Positions 42,221-51,861 are shown, numbered from the stretch's first letter. The stretch is DNA of 64,000 nt from Patescibacteria group bacterium (GCA_028865725.1 JAGWJP010000001.1:143143-207142), one strand, 5' to 3'. Program-made: numbers and translations. Notes: generated by a model not told the origin, from the sequence alone.

Positions 42221-42373
42221 ATGCAGTGCCCAAAATGTAAAAAAGAGATGGTTACAAAAAGACGAGATACGAGCTATGGCGTGAGAAATAAAAAAGAATA
42301 TAGCCGAATCGTATATTGGTGTGAAAAGGATGACATTTAGGTATGTATCGAAACGCCTAGAACGGTTTCATAA
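42221..42373 (+). pseudogene. Small Zn-ribbon-like ORF, possibly with a premature TAG at 42338-42340
   Basis: MQCPKCKKEM...YWCEKDDI*VCIETPRTVS*; the TAG is one base change from TGG (Trp). Confidence 0.5.
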
Positions 42374-42409
42374 CTAAGCCAGTTTCGTAATTTTTTGCAT
42401 TTTGAACTT

Positions 42410-44524
42410 ATGTTGAAGTCTATTGAGCTTATTGGATTCAAATCATTTGCGAACAAGACTATACTTGAATTTCCTGCGCGTGTGACCGCAATTGTGGGTC
42501 CTAATGGGTCAGGAAAATCGAATATCGTCGATGCGTTTCGATGGATTTTAGGGGAGCGGGGCGCAACGAATCTTCGCTCAGAGAATCAGGAGAGTCTCAT
42601 TTTTTCCGGCAGTCATAAAAAGAGCGCCATGTCGTTTGCAGAGGCGCGCTTTCATTTTGATAATAGTAATGCCCTCTTTCCGCTTGAGTTTTCCGAGTTT
42701 TCTATAGGACGGCGCGTCGAGCGGGATGGGTCTTCCCGTTTTTTCTTAAATCAAGAAGAAATGCGGTTGAGGGATCTCGCACAATTGTTTGCACGTGCCA
42801 AAATAGGGACCAAAGGAGTTTCCATTATCAATCAAGGGGAGGCAGATCATTTTATTCGCGTCACCCCGGAAAAGCGCCGTGAACTTATCGAAGAAGCGGT
42901 GGGACTTAAGGAATACCAACTCAAGCAACGCGAGACGCTTGCCAAACTTGCTGCTGCCGAACAAAATCTTGCGCAGACAACTCAACTGTTGGCCGAAATT
43001 ACTCCGCATTTACGCTCTCTTCGTAGAAGTGCGGAACGTTACGCAAAACGGGATGAACTTGAACAGGCGTGTTCTGATGCTGCGTGTCGCTATTTCGCAT
43101 CGTTCTATGGGGAGATAGAAACAGAAATACAAAAAGTAAGCGCTGATCGTGAGTTTCTTTCCGGTCATATTATGGAACAACAGGCGATACTTGCCACACA
43201 TGAACAGGCACTCCAAGTGAATACTGTCGATACCGATCGTTCAAGTCTCGTGGCTCTTATGGAAACGCGAAGAATGCGAGAAGACGCAAGGCAAACATTG
43301 CTCTCTGAGTTAAATGCCGCCGAACGTATGCTTACACGTAAGCTTCAGGAACGAAACGTTGGGGGAGAACCTGCCTATCAAGCGCTTCGCGATATGGTTC
43401 ATGATGTTGAAGAGGCATGCGAAGCATTACTTTCTGTTCACGACGTTGCGTCTATTCACGTCACATTGGGCAATCTTCTTACCCGCGTGAAGGATCTTTT
43501 TCGTGGTTCGCATCACGAAGATGAGAGCTCTGCAGAGTATGAGGAAAAGAAACAAGCGCTCCTGCACGATCTTCATGCGCTTGAAGATGAAATCGCGATG
43601 CTTCTTGTACAGGAAAAAGAAGAGGAGCAGCGTTACGGGGAACGCACGCGCTCGTTTTCCACGCTTTTACACAATGTGGATCAGGCGCGAAAAGATTTAT
43701 TTTCTCTTCGTACACAAGAGGATGCGCTGCATTTTGAAGAAGAGCGTTTGAATCTTCGTGTCGAACATATCAAAGAAAAATTGAAAGAATATGATATTTC
43801 TTTTGATTCGCTGTTGTCGCGACGCCGCATGTTTCCACCTCTTACTGTTTCCGAGCGGAATGCGCTTGAGGAGCGTATGATGCGCTTGAAACGCGAGCTT
43901 GCATTAATAGGAAGCGCCGATGAGTCATTACTGTCTGAATTGGCATCCACTGAGGAGCGCCATGCATTTTTATCGTCACAATCATCTGATCTTGTGCGCG
44001 CGACGGAAGATTTGCGCACACTTGGCGCAGAATTGGATTTAAAAATTAAAACCGATTTTCAAGACGCAACAATCAAACTTAACACGGAATTTACTCATGC
44101 GTTTGGTTTACTCTCTGATGGCGGGAAAGCACGTTTAGTCATGCAAAAAGAACCCCATACCGTATCTGAAGGAGAAGAGCTTATGGCTCCTCCCGGCGTA
44201 GATATCGCCCTTGAACTTCCGCGTAAAAAAATTACCAGTTTAGATATGCTTTCCGGAGGAGAGCGTACGCTCGTGGCTCTTGCGTTTATGTGTGCGCTCG
44301 TCGCTGTTGCAGAACCGCCATTTTTAGTGCTGGATGAGGTAGATGCGGCTCTTGATGAACAGAATGCGGTAAAATTTGGTACCCTTATGCGTACTCTTGC
44401 CAAAAATACACAATTTGTTATTATTACCCACAACCGCGCCACGATGGAGGCTGCCGATGTGCTCTATGGTGTCACCATGGCGGATGACGGTATTTCCAGA
44501 CTTTTATCACTCAAGCTTTCGTAA
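42410..44524 (+). CDS. smc: Short SMC-family chromosome segregation ATPase
   Basis: GFKSF, GPNGSGKSN, LSGGE, LVLDEVDAALD, ITHN; rnc-smc synteny; only about 704 aa. Confidence 0.9.
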   Translation: MLKSIELIGFKSFANKTILEFPARVTAIVGPNGSGKSNIVDAFRWILGERGATNLRSENQESLIFSGSHKKSAMSFAEARFHFDNSNALFPLEFSEFSIGRRVERDGSSRFFLNQEEMRLRDLAQLFARAKIGTKGVSIINQGEADHFIRVTPEKRRELIEEAVGLKEYQLKQRETLAKLAAAEQNLAQTTQLLAEITPHLRSLRRSAERYAKRDELEQACSDAACRYFASFYGEIETEIQKVSADREFLSGHIMEQQAILATHEQALQVNTVDTDRSSLVALMETRRMREDARQTLLSELNAAERMLTRKLQERNVGGEPAYQALRDMVHDVEEACEALLSVHDVASIHVTLGNLLTRVKDLFRGSHHEDESSAEYEEKKQALLHDLHALEDEIAMLLVQEKEEEQRYGERTRSFSTLLHNVDQARKDLFSLRTQEDALHFEEERLNLRVEHIKEKLKEYDISFDSLLSRRRMFPPLTVSERNALEERMMRLKRELALIGSADESLLSELASTEERHAFLSSQSSDLVRATEDLRTLGAELDLKIKTDFQDATIKLNTEFTHAFGLLSDGGKARLVMQKEPHTVSEGEELMAPPGVDIALELPRKKITSLDMLSGGERTLVALAFMCALVAVAEPPFLVLDEVDAALDEQNAVKFGTLMRTLAKNTQFVIITHNRATMEAADVLYGVTMADDGISRLLSLKLS

Positions 44525-44564
44525 ACAATAGCCCAATTTATTAACCAACTATCTAAGTTCATAC

Positions 44565-44852
44565 ATGTTAAGAATTCGTCTCAATCGTGTAGGCAAAAAG
44601 CATCAGGCCACGTATCGTGTGGTGGTGCTGCCTCAGCGATCAAAACCGCGCGGGGGAAAGGTGAATGAAGATCTCGGATGGTGGAATCCTCACACCGGCA
44701 CCCATGCGCTTTCAGAAGATCGCGCACAGTATTGGTTGCATCAAGGCGCTAAACCGTCTGATACCGTTTATAACTTGTTTGTGCACGCAGGGATTGTCAG
44801 AGGCGCTAAACGGCCAGTGCATAACACAAAAAAAGAAGGCAAGAAGAAATAG
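44565..44852 (+). CDS. rpsP: 30S ribosomal protein S16
   Basis: MLRIRL.R.GKK....YR, W...GA.PSDTV. Confidence 0.96.
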   Translation: MLRIRLNRVGKKHQATYRVVVLPQRSKPRGGKVNEDLGWWNPHTGTHALSEDRAQYWLHQGAKPSDTVYNLFVHAGIVRGAKRPVHNTKKEGKKK

Positions 44853-44967
44853 AAGAAAGTATTGACAAATTTTATTGTTTCTGATATAGTATAGATATCA
44901 TAGCATGCTTTCCAGATTCTAACAGGGAAGGAAAGGTCGAACACTAATACCATAAAGAACCAGAGAT

Positions 44968-45264
44968 ATGGACGACAAAGGATTTCTTGAATATTTGATT
45001 AAATCAATCGTTGATCATCCGGATGATGTCCGCGTTGATCGAAAAGTGGACGAGATGGGTGTTCTCCTTTCATTAAAAGTGAATGCGGAGGACATGGGTC
45101 AAGTGATTGGCCGCCAGGGTTCCACCTCGAAAGCGATTCGCACCTTGCTTCGTATCGTCGGACTCAAGAATCACGCACGTGTGAACTTGAAGATCGAAGA
45201 GCCGGAAGGAGGTATGCGTCCACATAGCAGAGTGGATCAAGAAATGGGAGACTTGAACATATAA
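44968..45264 (+). CDS. khpA: KH-domain RNA-binding protein (KhpA/YlqC)
   Basis: DMGQVIGRQG.T.KAIRTL; follows rpsP. Confidence 0.9.
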   Translation: MDDKGFLEYLIKSIVDHPDDVRVDRKVDEMGVLLSLKVNAEDMGQVIGRQGSTSKAIRTLLRIVGLKNHARVNLKIEEPEGGMRPHSRVDQEMGDLNI

Positions 45265-45584
45265 TTTTTTTCAGAATCCCGTTAGAAACACAACACCCCG
45301 AACTATTTCGGGGTGTTGTGTTGTGGGTGAAACGTGGTTTCGTGCATTCTTCTTGATTTATATACTTCAAGTAATATATGGAGTGTTGCTTTCACGAAGG
45401 AGTGTGAGGGTGTATGGCCGTTTCTCCGTCTAGTAACAGGGTCCTGCGATACGGTTTCACTATCGGCATCATAGTACGTATGAAGCCACATATCGGTCAG
45501 AGCACAAAAGATTTTCTCCTCGCGATTTACTAATTCAATGAAAAAACCGAGATTGTGTTCTCGGTTATTTTTTATGGTTTCTCT

Positions 45585-45860
45585 TTATCTCCAGACCGAA
45601 AATCCTTCTGTTTTTTTCCAATCCTTATGATGTACTATTCGTGTTTTGGGATCTGATCTTCGCACATGTACTCCAAAAGGTCTGACATGGTAGCCGCGGG
45701 CTTGGGATGATGCCACACGTCGTGCGTCGGCTTCGTTATGAAATGTTGCATAAAACAACCCTTCTCCCTCAATATTGAAACCTGTCGATTCTGCCTCATC
45801 AGGATCCTCTATTCCTAAAAATTCCATTTTTGACCTCCATTCATCGTTCAGGAAAATCAT
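45585..45860 (-). CDS. Hypothetical protein
   Basis: Open frame followed by a hairpin at 45541-45573; start uncertain. Confidence 0.5.
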   Translation of the reverse strand: MIFLNDEWRSKMEFLGIEDPDEAESTGFNIEGEGLFYATFHNEADARRVASSQARGYHVRPFGVHVRRSDPKTRIVHHKDWKKTEGFSVWR

Positions 45861-45932
45861 ATCATGTACCTTCATGCATGCCAAACAATTATCGTGGGTT
45901 CATAGTAAAGAGGTTCTCAGTTTATTCTTTTG

Positions 45933-46424
45933 TTAAGACGCACCGACCGGTAGGAGGCTTATTCCTCCTTCTTGGGTAATCAGAAAATAAGAACTTCTTG
46001 TTGCGGCCGCAATTTCATTTCTGTTTTCGCCAACAGGACGAAGAGTAATCCTTACGTGAAGGTTATGATATCTATCGTGTGCATATGCGATGAGCACATC
46101 GATTCTTCGTACAAATTCCTGTGGTTCAAGCTGGAGAATCGTCCATTGGAGCGTTCTCTTGAGATTATTGATAAGGAATATGATGCTTTTGTGTTCTGGA
46201 GGAGTCAACGTGCAGGGTATTTGGGCGCGCATCGCTTCCTCAAAAAAATGAAAGAGAAGATCAAACTCCTTGTCCATATCGGGAGCGGGGGATGAACGCT
46301 CTGCTCCTCCGCGCCATACGAGCTTGGCCTCCATAGACGTGATACGAGGACACATTGCGCGTTTCATCATGTATATTCCGAATGCCATCAATCCTACTCC
46401 CAGTACGCATTCCTGAACTATCAT
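45933..46424 (-). CDS. Hypothetical protein with N-terminal TM anchor
   Basis: AAGGAGG SD; hydrophobic N-terminus. Confidence 0.6.
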   Translation of the reverse strand: MIVQECVLGVGLMAFGIYMMKRAMCPRITSMEAKLVWRGGAERSSPAPDMDKEFDLLFHFFEEAMRAQIPCTLTPPEHKSIIFLINNLKRTLQWTILQLEPQEFVRRIDVLIAYAHDRYHNLHVRITLRPVGENRNEIAAATRSSYFLITQEGGISLLPVGAS

Positions 46425-46568
46425 AGAGAAGGCCTCCTTTCAAAGCATGTTATCTAGAATCTAATAAAGCATATGGGGAAATCATTGTCAATTTAATTCT
46501 TTTATGATATGACCACTTTGAATAAGGCCAATGTATTTCACGCGATCCTATAAGGAGGTGGATTATGA

Positions 46569-46976
46569 ATGAATAATATAGCGATATTTTTTGCACGTTT
46601 CGACTGGCATTGGATTTTTCTTGTTCCTTGTATTGCTGGCTATGCAGTGCGATTGCGCCCAAGTGCAGGGACAATATTCGTATTGATTGCATCGGTGTGC
46701 AGCGTAGGAGGAGTCGCGTATCGTGTACACACAGGAGAAAGTCTTGACGCGATTTTCTTATGCACCCTCATAGTAATTGGCATAGGGTATGCAGGACCAG
46801 ATGTGGGGCACTCGGTGAGCACGGCGCTACGTCATCCTCGTACGTGCGTGGGTCTGATCATCGTGTGCGTTCTCGCATATGTCGTGGTCCATCCTGATCT
46901 TCTGGACAACTTATGCACGCTGCTTGTTATCCTTACGGCGATTTGGATGATAATGGGTCGTCCGCGTTTACATTAG
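46569..46976 (+). CDS. Hypothetical membrane protein
   Basis: TAAGGAGGTG SD; several TM segments; terminator at about 46998-47030. Confidence 0.6.
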   Translation: MNNIAIFFARFDWHWIFLVPCIAGYAVRLRPSAGTIFVLIASVCSVGGVAYRVHTGESLDAIFLCTLIVIGIGYAGPDVGHSVSTALRHPRTCVGLIIVCVLAYVVVHPDLLDNLCTLLVILTAIWMIMGRPRLH

Positions 46977-47250
46977 CACGCGCCCTTTGCACAGATAAAC
47001 ACTCTTCACACGCGTGAGGAGTTTTTCTTTCTTCAAGAACTTGAGGACGGAGATCATCGATGAAGGCGCGCCATGACGATAGGTCATCACGATCGCATAC
47101 CGCATGCGCGAGTGATGTGCTATGATCGTAATCTCATAAAGATTAACTAAGGCATGAGCGCGTAGGCTTTGTGAAGAAATGACTTTGTTTGTTTTTCGCG
47201 CGGCTATTGTTATAATTAATTATTATTTATCCATCCTTTAACTTGCTCAT

Positions 47251-48222
47251 ATGAGTCACATGGAAATGCCGCCCTTACAGGAATCAGGTTTGGAGACGAT
47301 GCGCCGCGCCGCGCAGGAGCTTATTGATCGTGCACACGAGGATATCAACGCATTATATCGACAAGACACTGACAAACCTCTCGAGCGAAGAGAGTATCAC
47401 AACATAGGACACACGAAAGGAGTAGAGAAAAACGCAGAACGTATTTTGCGTACGATCCAAGAAGCCGATTCTTCCCTTGGAGTTACTCCACGCGATGTTA
47501 TTCTCGCACGTCTTATTGCCGCATATCATGATATCGATCAGAGCCAGGATAAGCCGAATGAAGTCAAAGAAAATGTAGAAGGGGAAGAATTAACAAAATC
47601 TCTCCGCAAACGTTTTATCGCGACAATTGAAAAAAATAGCGCCGGAATTCTTCTTGGGCGCATGCAGCAGATGAATGAGGAACAAGGAGAATTATTTACC
47701 GAACATGATAAAGATATCGTGAAAGAAGCGATTCTTGCCACTGTTCCTGGGTTTGATCGAAGTCTGGGCACAGTGACTCAGCCCAACCTTCATGAAGATG
47801 CATCATTTATTACAAAGGCGGTCGCATTGGCAGATCTTGGCGCGATGATGGGGGGTGGTGAAGAGTTTTTGGAAGATGGCAACCGCGTATTTCGAGAGGA
47901 TAATATTGATATTGCAGAGGCTCTTGAACATCCAGAAATGATTGATGAGCGAAAAAAACGTTATTTTGCAACGCGCATACAAAACTGGTATCGCACGCAA
48001 GTCTCGTTTGTGGAAGGACGCCAGCAGATCTTTGAGATTCAGCTTCTTTCATTTCCTGAATCGGTTCGCGACAAGGTAAAAGAGCTTTTTAAGTTCGACG
48101 AGGCGATTGCTGCAGCAAGACAACGCATCGCAGATATTGAGAACGCCACGCAGGCAGGCCGCCCCTACTCATTTGAACAGATGATGGAATCGATGGGGTA
48201 TGCGCTTCCTTCAGCACACTAG
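47251..48222 (+). CDS. HD-superfamily phosphodiesterase-like protein (paralog 1)
   Basis: YHNIGHT, AAYHDID, ALADL motifs. Confidence 0.8.
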   Translation: MSHMEMPPLQESGLETMRRAAQELIDRAHEDINALYRQDTDKPLERREYHNIGHTKGVEKNAERILRTIQEADSSLGVTPRDVILARLIAAYHDIDQSQDKPNEVKENVEGEELTKSLRKRFIATIEKNSAGILLGRMQQMNEEQGELFTEHDKDIVKEAILATVPGFDRSLGTVTQPNLHEDASFITKAVALADLGAMMGGGEEFLEDGNRVFREDNIDIAEALEHPEMIDERKKRYFATRIQNWYRTQVSFVEGRQQIFEIQLLSFPESVRDKVKELFKFDEAIAAARQRIADIENATQAGRPYSFEQMMESMGYALPSAH

Positions 48223-48266
48223 CATAAGCGGCGTTTTCGCGCGCGCGGGGACACTTTTCAGAAGTC

Positions 48267-48345
48267 TTGACTAATCTGCATCTTTAGTGTAGTATCTACT
48301 GCTAGAAAAGGCTCGTAAGAGCCTTTTGAAAAAAAGAAGGAGAGA
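48267..48345 (+). promoter_or_regulatory. Promoter + GNRA hairpin + boxA-like tract + SD leader module (copy 1)
   Basis: TTGACT-N17-TAGTAT, GGCTC-GTAA-GAGCC, CTTTTGAAAA, AAGGAG; near-identical to 63472-63546. Confidence 0.65.
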
Positions 48346-48351
48346 CGTAAG

Positions 48352-49332
48352 ATGGCAGAATGTAGGCGGAGACGTCGTAACGTGATTGTCCCACCACCGC
48401 TTTCGTGGGTAGTAATGAAGAATTTAATCAGGAGAGCATATATCGACATTGAAAAAATGTATCCCGGTGAGGGGTGGGCTGGAAACGATCCTTTTGTAGA
48501 GCGCGCATACCACAACATTACGCATACGCACGGTGTTGTGTGGGCTACAGATAAGATCTTGGGAACGATGAGCAACGATCCAAGGAGTGAAATTAATGCA
48601 CGCGGTATTAATCTCGGGTGTCTTATTGCCGCATGTCATGATATCGATCAGCGGCAAGGTGCGCCTACCGCAAGCCATATCAGCTTAGGCGGTCAAATGT
48701 ATACGAAAGAGATGCGCCATCGTTTTGTGGGGCTCATCGAAGAGAATAGCGTTGAGATTTTGCTGGGTCGAATGTGTCAGGAAAACATGACTTATGGCAC
48801 CGAGCTTTTTACCGAAGAGGATATGCGGATTGCGAGAGAGGCAATTTTGGCCACCGTTCCCGGATTTGATCCGGAATTGGGTACCGTGATTCAGCCAAAC
48901 CTGAGTGAAGGCGCATCGTTCATCACGCACGCGCTCGCACTTGCAGATCTGCATGCTGCGATGATGCGCGGAGGGGCTGCTTTTTTGGCAGACGGAAACG
49001 CGGTGTTTCGCGAAGAGAATATTGACGTTGCGAGAACGCTCCTGCGTTCCCCCAATATTTCCCAGGCAGAGAAAGATTTTATCTGTGAGCGCATTATGGC
49101 GTGGTATAGAATGCAGATTCGGTTTGCTGAAGGGCGTAAAATTGTCGTTCAAAAGCAGCTTCTTTGGTTGCCGGAAACGATGCGAGATCCGGTCATGAAT
49201 CTTTTTAAGTTCGATAGGGCGATTGCTGCCGCAAGAAAGCGTGTGAAATCAATTGATGCTAAGGTTCAGGCGGGGTATCCTCCTTCGTTTGAAGAAATGG
49301 TATTGTCTATGGGATATACCGTCATACTTTAG
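48352..49332 (+). CDS. HD-superfamily phosphodiesterase-like protein (paralog 2)
   Basis: YHNITHT, AACHDID, ALADL; long identical blocks with paralog 1 (EAILATVPGFD, QPNL.E.ASFIT, VFRE.NID). Confidence 0.8.
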   Translation: MAECRRRRRNVIVPPPLSWVVMKNLIRRAYIDIEKMYPGEGWAGNDPFVERAYHNITHTHGVVWATDKILGTMSNDPRSEINARGINLGCLIAACHDIDQRQGAPTASHISLGGQMYTKEMRHRFVGLIEENSVEILLGRMCQENMTYGTELFTEEDMRIAREAILATVPGFDPELGTVIQPNLSEGASFITHALALADLHAAMMRGGAAFLADGNAVFREENIDVARTLLRSPNISQAEKDFICERIMAWYRMQIRFAEGRKIVVQKQLLWLPETMRDPVMNLFKFDRAIAAARKRVKSIDAKVQAGYPPSFEEMVLSMGYTVIL

Positions 49333-49682
49333 ACTCTAAGAAAAACCCCCTCCATGCGAGGGGTTTTGTTATAAATAAGATGAGTGCCTTAGGATGGATT
49401 AATGTAGAGAATGATGGATTTTATGTCATGGAAGATTTCCCTCCGGTTCCTTGGTATTTTTGGCTGAATATTCTCGGCGTCGTTTTGTTAATAGGTCTTA
49501 CGATATGGACCTTTTCTCAAATATGACGCCACTCTTTACGCACGTAAAGATTCTAACATACCTTTTCGCGGTGTGTTTTTATTTACAAGCTCCGAGTGGA
49601 TCTGAGGAGATTCCTTCACGAAACGCTCTTGACTAAGAGAATCAAATTTTTGCCCCTCGCCACTTCGCGCTCATATTTTCAC

Positions 49683-49693
49683 CTTTGGTGGAC
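49683..49693 (+). repeat. att core (left junction)
   Basis: CTTTGGTGGAC, identical to 62275-62285. Confidence 0.88.
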
Positions 49694-49786
49694 TTGGTAC
49701 GAAACCAGTGGAACGAAATATTGCGAGAATTGGCCGAATGGAATCAGCTCAAGATCGCCCACGAAGCACTGCTTGCTACCAGATAA
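49685..49786 (+). other. Displaced native C-terminal coding segment of the serine recombinase
   Basis: In frame with LVD at the att core: LVDLVRNQWNEILRELAEWNQLKIAHEALLATR*. Confidence 0.75.
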
Positions 49787-50022
49787 TCACAGTTTAGCCG
49801 ATTTTTCCGAGTTTGTGAATGGAACTAACCGGACACAAACTTAACTCACCGATTTCTGCCCCGTGTTTGCCCCTGGGGCGAGCTTTGTACCGAGAGTAGA
49901 CACCTCGACCATGGCCCACCGGTTTGACCAAAATTGAGAGCCTAAAACGATTTGCTTAACTTAAGCAAATATGACTCCTCGCTGGACTTGTTCCGAGGGC
50001 AAGCGTATGTTCTTGCTTGCCT

Positions 50023-50328
50023 ATGAACGAGGACATCGAAGCCGTCCTCCGGGACGCAAAAAATGTACGATTGCCACATCAGCGCGGATCATTCAATCCG
50101 CTATCCTCGCTTCCAGAACCTAAAGCCAAAATCAAACAAGCGATCAAGGAACGAATCAGACTTCTTGCCGGTGCTTATATTTCCCTTGCCGGATTTGTGG
50201 ACGATGACGATATTCGGTTTGCCGAAGCAAATCAGAAATCAGTCAAAACAAAAGCAATATATCAAAAAATTCTCGAGGAGATGGAAACAGCGATTGAGGA
50301 AATAAGGCAGTTTAAAATTATTGATTAA
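50023..50328 (+). CDS. Hypothetical protein
   Basis: About 101 aa, helical; stop abuts the convergent stop at 50329. Confidence 0.6.
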   Translation: MNEDIEAVLRDAKNVRLPHQRGSFNPLSSLPEPKAKIKQAIKERIRLLAGAYISLAGFVDDDDIRFAEANQKSVKTKAIYQKILEEMETAIEEIRQFKIID

Positions 50329-51450
50329 TTACTTCAACCCTAAGGCCTTTTCTCCCTGTTCAAAGAGATCGAGAAACTCCCTTGATAGAATGAGCGGTAT
50401 AAATTTTTGCTTATCGCCGTCTGATAATTTTGGGAGAGAATCAATATCCCACGCTTCAAAACCTATTGCCTTGCCGGTTTCTATTTTCAAATCTTTGATA
50501 TCACCATCGAATAAATAAACATATTGGGCCCTGAGAGTATTGTTGGTGAGACCGGTAGCTTCGTCGAAACTCTTTTTTGGCATTGTCTTTACCAATTTCA
50601 GTTTGGCCGGATCAAGAGTGATCCCGGTTTCTTCCAGAGCTTCTTTTAAAGCGGTTGCTTCATATGACATTCCCGGATCTACATGACCACCAACCGTTGC
50701 ATCGAGTTTATCAGGATAGGTATCTTTATCTTTTGCCCGGTGTTGGAAGATTAGCTTGCGATCTGGTGTCATAAACCAAATATGAATTTCTCTGTGAAGC
50801 AATCCTTCTTTGTGGATTTTCTTTCTGTTCTCCAGTCCGATTACTTCGTTCTTTTCATTTACCACCTCAAGCAATTCAATACCTGAAATCCTATCATGCG
50901 CAATCGCAATTAGTCTGTTGAACGGTCCAAAGCCATCATCCGAAGTGATGTGTCCGCCCTTCGGAATGGTTATAACCTCAGATCCGAGAAGCTTTTCAAA
51001 TTTTTCTTTAGTTTTCTCGTATGGCACCCAAGGATCATTATCTCCCAATAAGGTGACCAAGAAGCCCAAATTGCTTCTTACTTTTGCAGTATCGATGGGA
51101 GTCTCTGTCCAAGGTTTTGCGATTGCTTCTGCATCCGGCCCCTCAAGATTTTCAAGATCAAACCAGCCAGCGACAAATATTGCGCCACCAACTTTTATAT
51201 TAATAGTTTGTAGATAGCGCATTATAGTCTGACACCCAATACTATGCCCAATAAAGTATGTATCCTGATCCGGAGTGCCAACGATACGATCAAGAAAGGG
51301 CACCCAATCCTCGATGGTAGGATTTTCAGTATGTGGCAAATCTGGACAGACAACCTCGTAGCCAAGCTTCTTGAATTCTGTGGTTGTCCAAGGCATCCAA
51401 TCCCGATCCGATGCCCCATCCCAACCATGAACAATAATTATTTTTTTCAT
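50329..51450 (-). CDS. RBBP9/YdeN-family alpha/beta hydrolase fused to a Nudix domain
   Basis: IVHGW, GHSIG nucleophile elbow, DNDPWV, GGH; Nudix box GGHVDPGMSYEATALKEALEETGI. Confidence 0.88.
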   Translation of the reverse strand: MKKIIIVHGWDGASDRDWMPWTTTEFKKLGYEVVCPDLPHTENPTIEDWVPFLDRIVGTPDQDTYFIGHSIGCQTIMRYLQTINIKVGGAIFVAGWFDLENLEGPDAEAIAKPWTETPIDTAKVRSNLGFLVTLLGDNDPWVPYEKTKEKFEKLLGSEVITIPKGGHITSDDGFGPFNRLIAIAHDRISGIELLEVVNEKNEVIGLENRKKIHKEGLLHREIHIWFMTPDRKLIFQHRAKDKDTYPDKLDATVGGHVDPGMSYEATALKEALEETGITLDPAKLKLVKTMPKKSFDEATGLTNNTLRAQYVYLFDGDIKDLKIETGKAIGFEAWDIDSLPKLSDGDKQKFIPLILSREFLDLFEQGEKALGLK

Positions 51451-51860
51451 AAATTTTCTTTGATTTTTTTATAAATTTCCATAAGCACATCTTCAGGAAT
51501 CTTGAAACTATGGTCAGTTTTATAATTATGACCCCACAATTTATCTTCAAAAGTGGTGTTCAGAAATTCCTTTGGTTTTGCATAGCGAGGAATAAAATGT
51601 CCATGCAAATGTCTGGTTTCATTGCCAAGAAAAGCATAATTAAACCAATCTGGCTGAAAAACTTTACTGATCGCATTTTTCAAGTCCGTAAGAACTGAAA
51701 ATAATTCCTGCTGTTCTTCTTGTGTGGCTTCGGTAAGATCAAGAGCATTTTCTCTTTTGCACCAAACCACACATCGTCCTAAATATCCCTGATTTTCGTG
51801 GATATATACAGACCAGTATCTATATTCTTTGATTAAAAATTTTGAGTAGTTATCTGACAT
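51447..51860 (-). CDS. HIT-family nucleotide hydrolase
   Basis: NYAFLGN...HLHGHFIPRY histidine triad. Confidence 0.92.
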   Translation of the reverse strand: MSDNYSKFLIKEYRYWSVYIHENQGYLGRCVVWCKRENALDLTEATQEEQQELFSVLTDLKNAISKVFQPDWFNYAFLGNETRHLHGHFIPRYAKPKEFLNTTFEDKLWGHNYKTDHSFKIPEDVLMEIYKKIKENL

Positions 51861-51861
51861 A

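Noticed and set aside
28792-42340. Stop-codon reassignment, suggested by in-frame TAA and TAG in two small genes
   Set aside because: TAA, TAG and TGA all terminate full-length core genes here (for example gyrB TAA, gatA TAG, pheT TGA), so isolated nonsense mutations are the simpler explanation.
49451-49844. ORFs 49451-49636 and 49596-49844
   Set aside because: No motifs; the second crosses the att junction in a different frame from the coherent recombinase tail.
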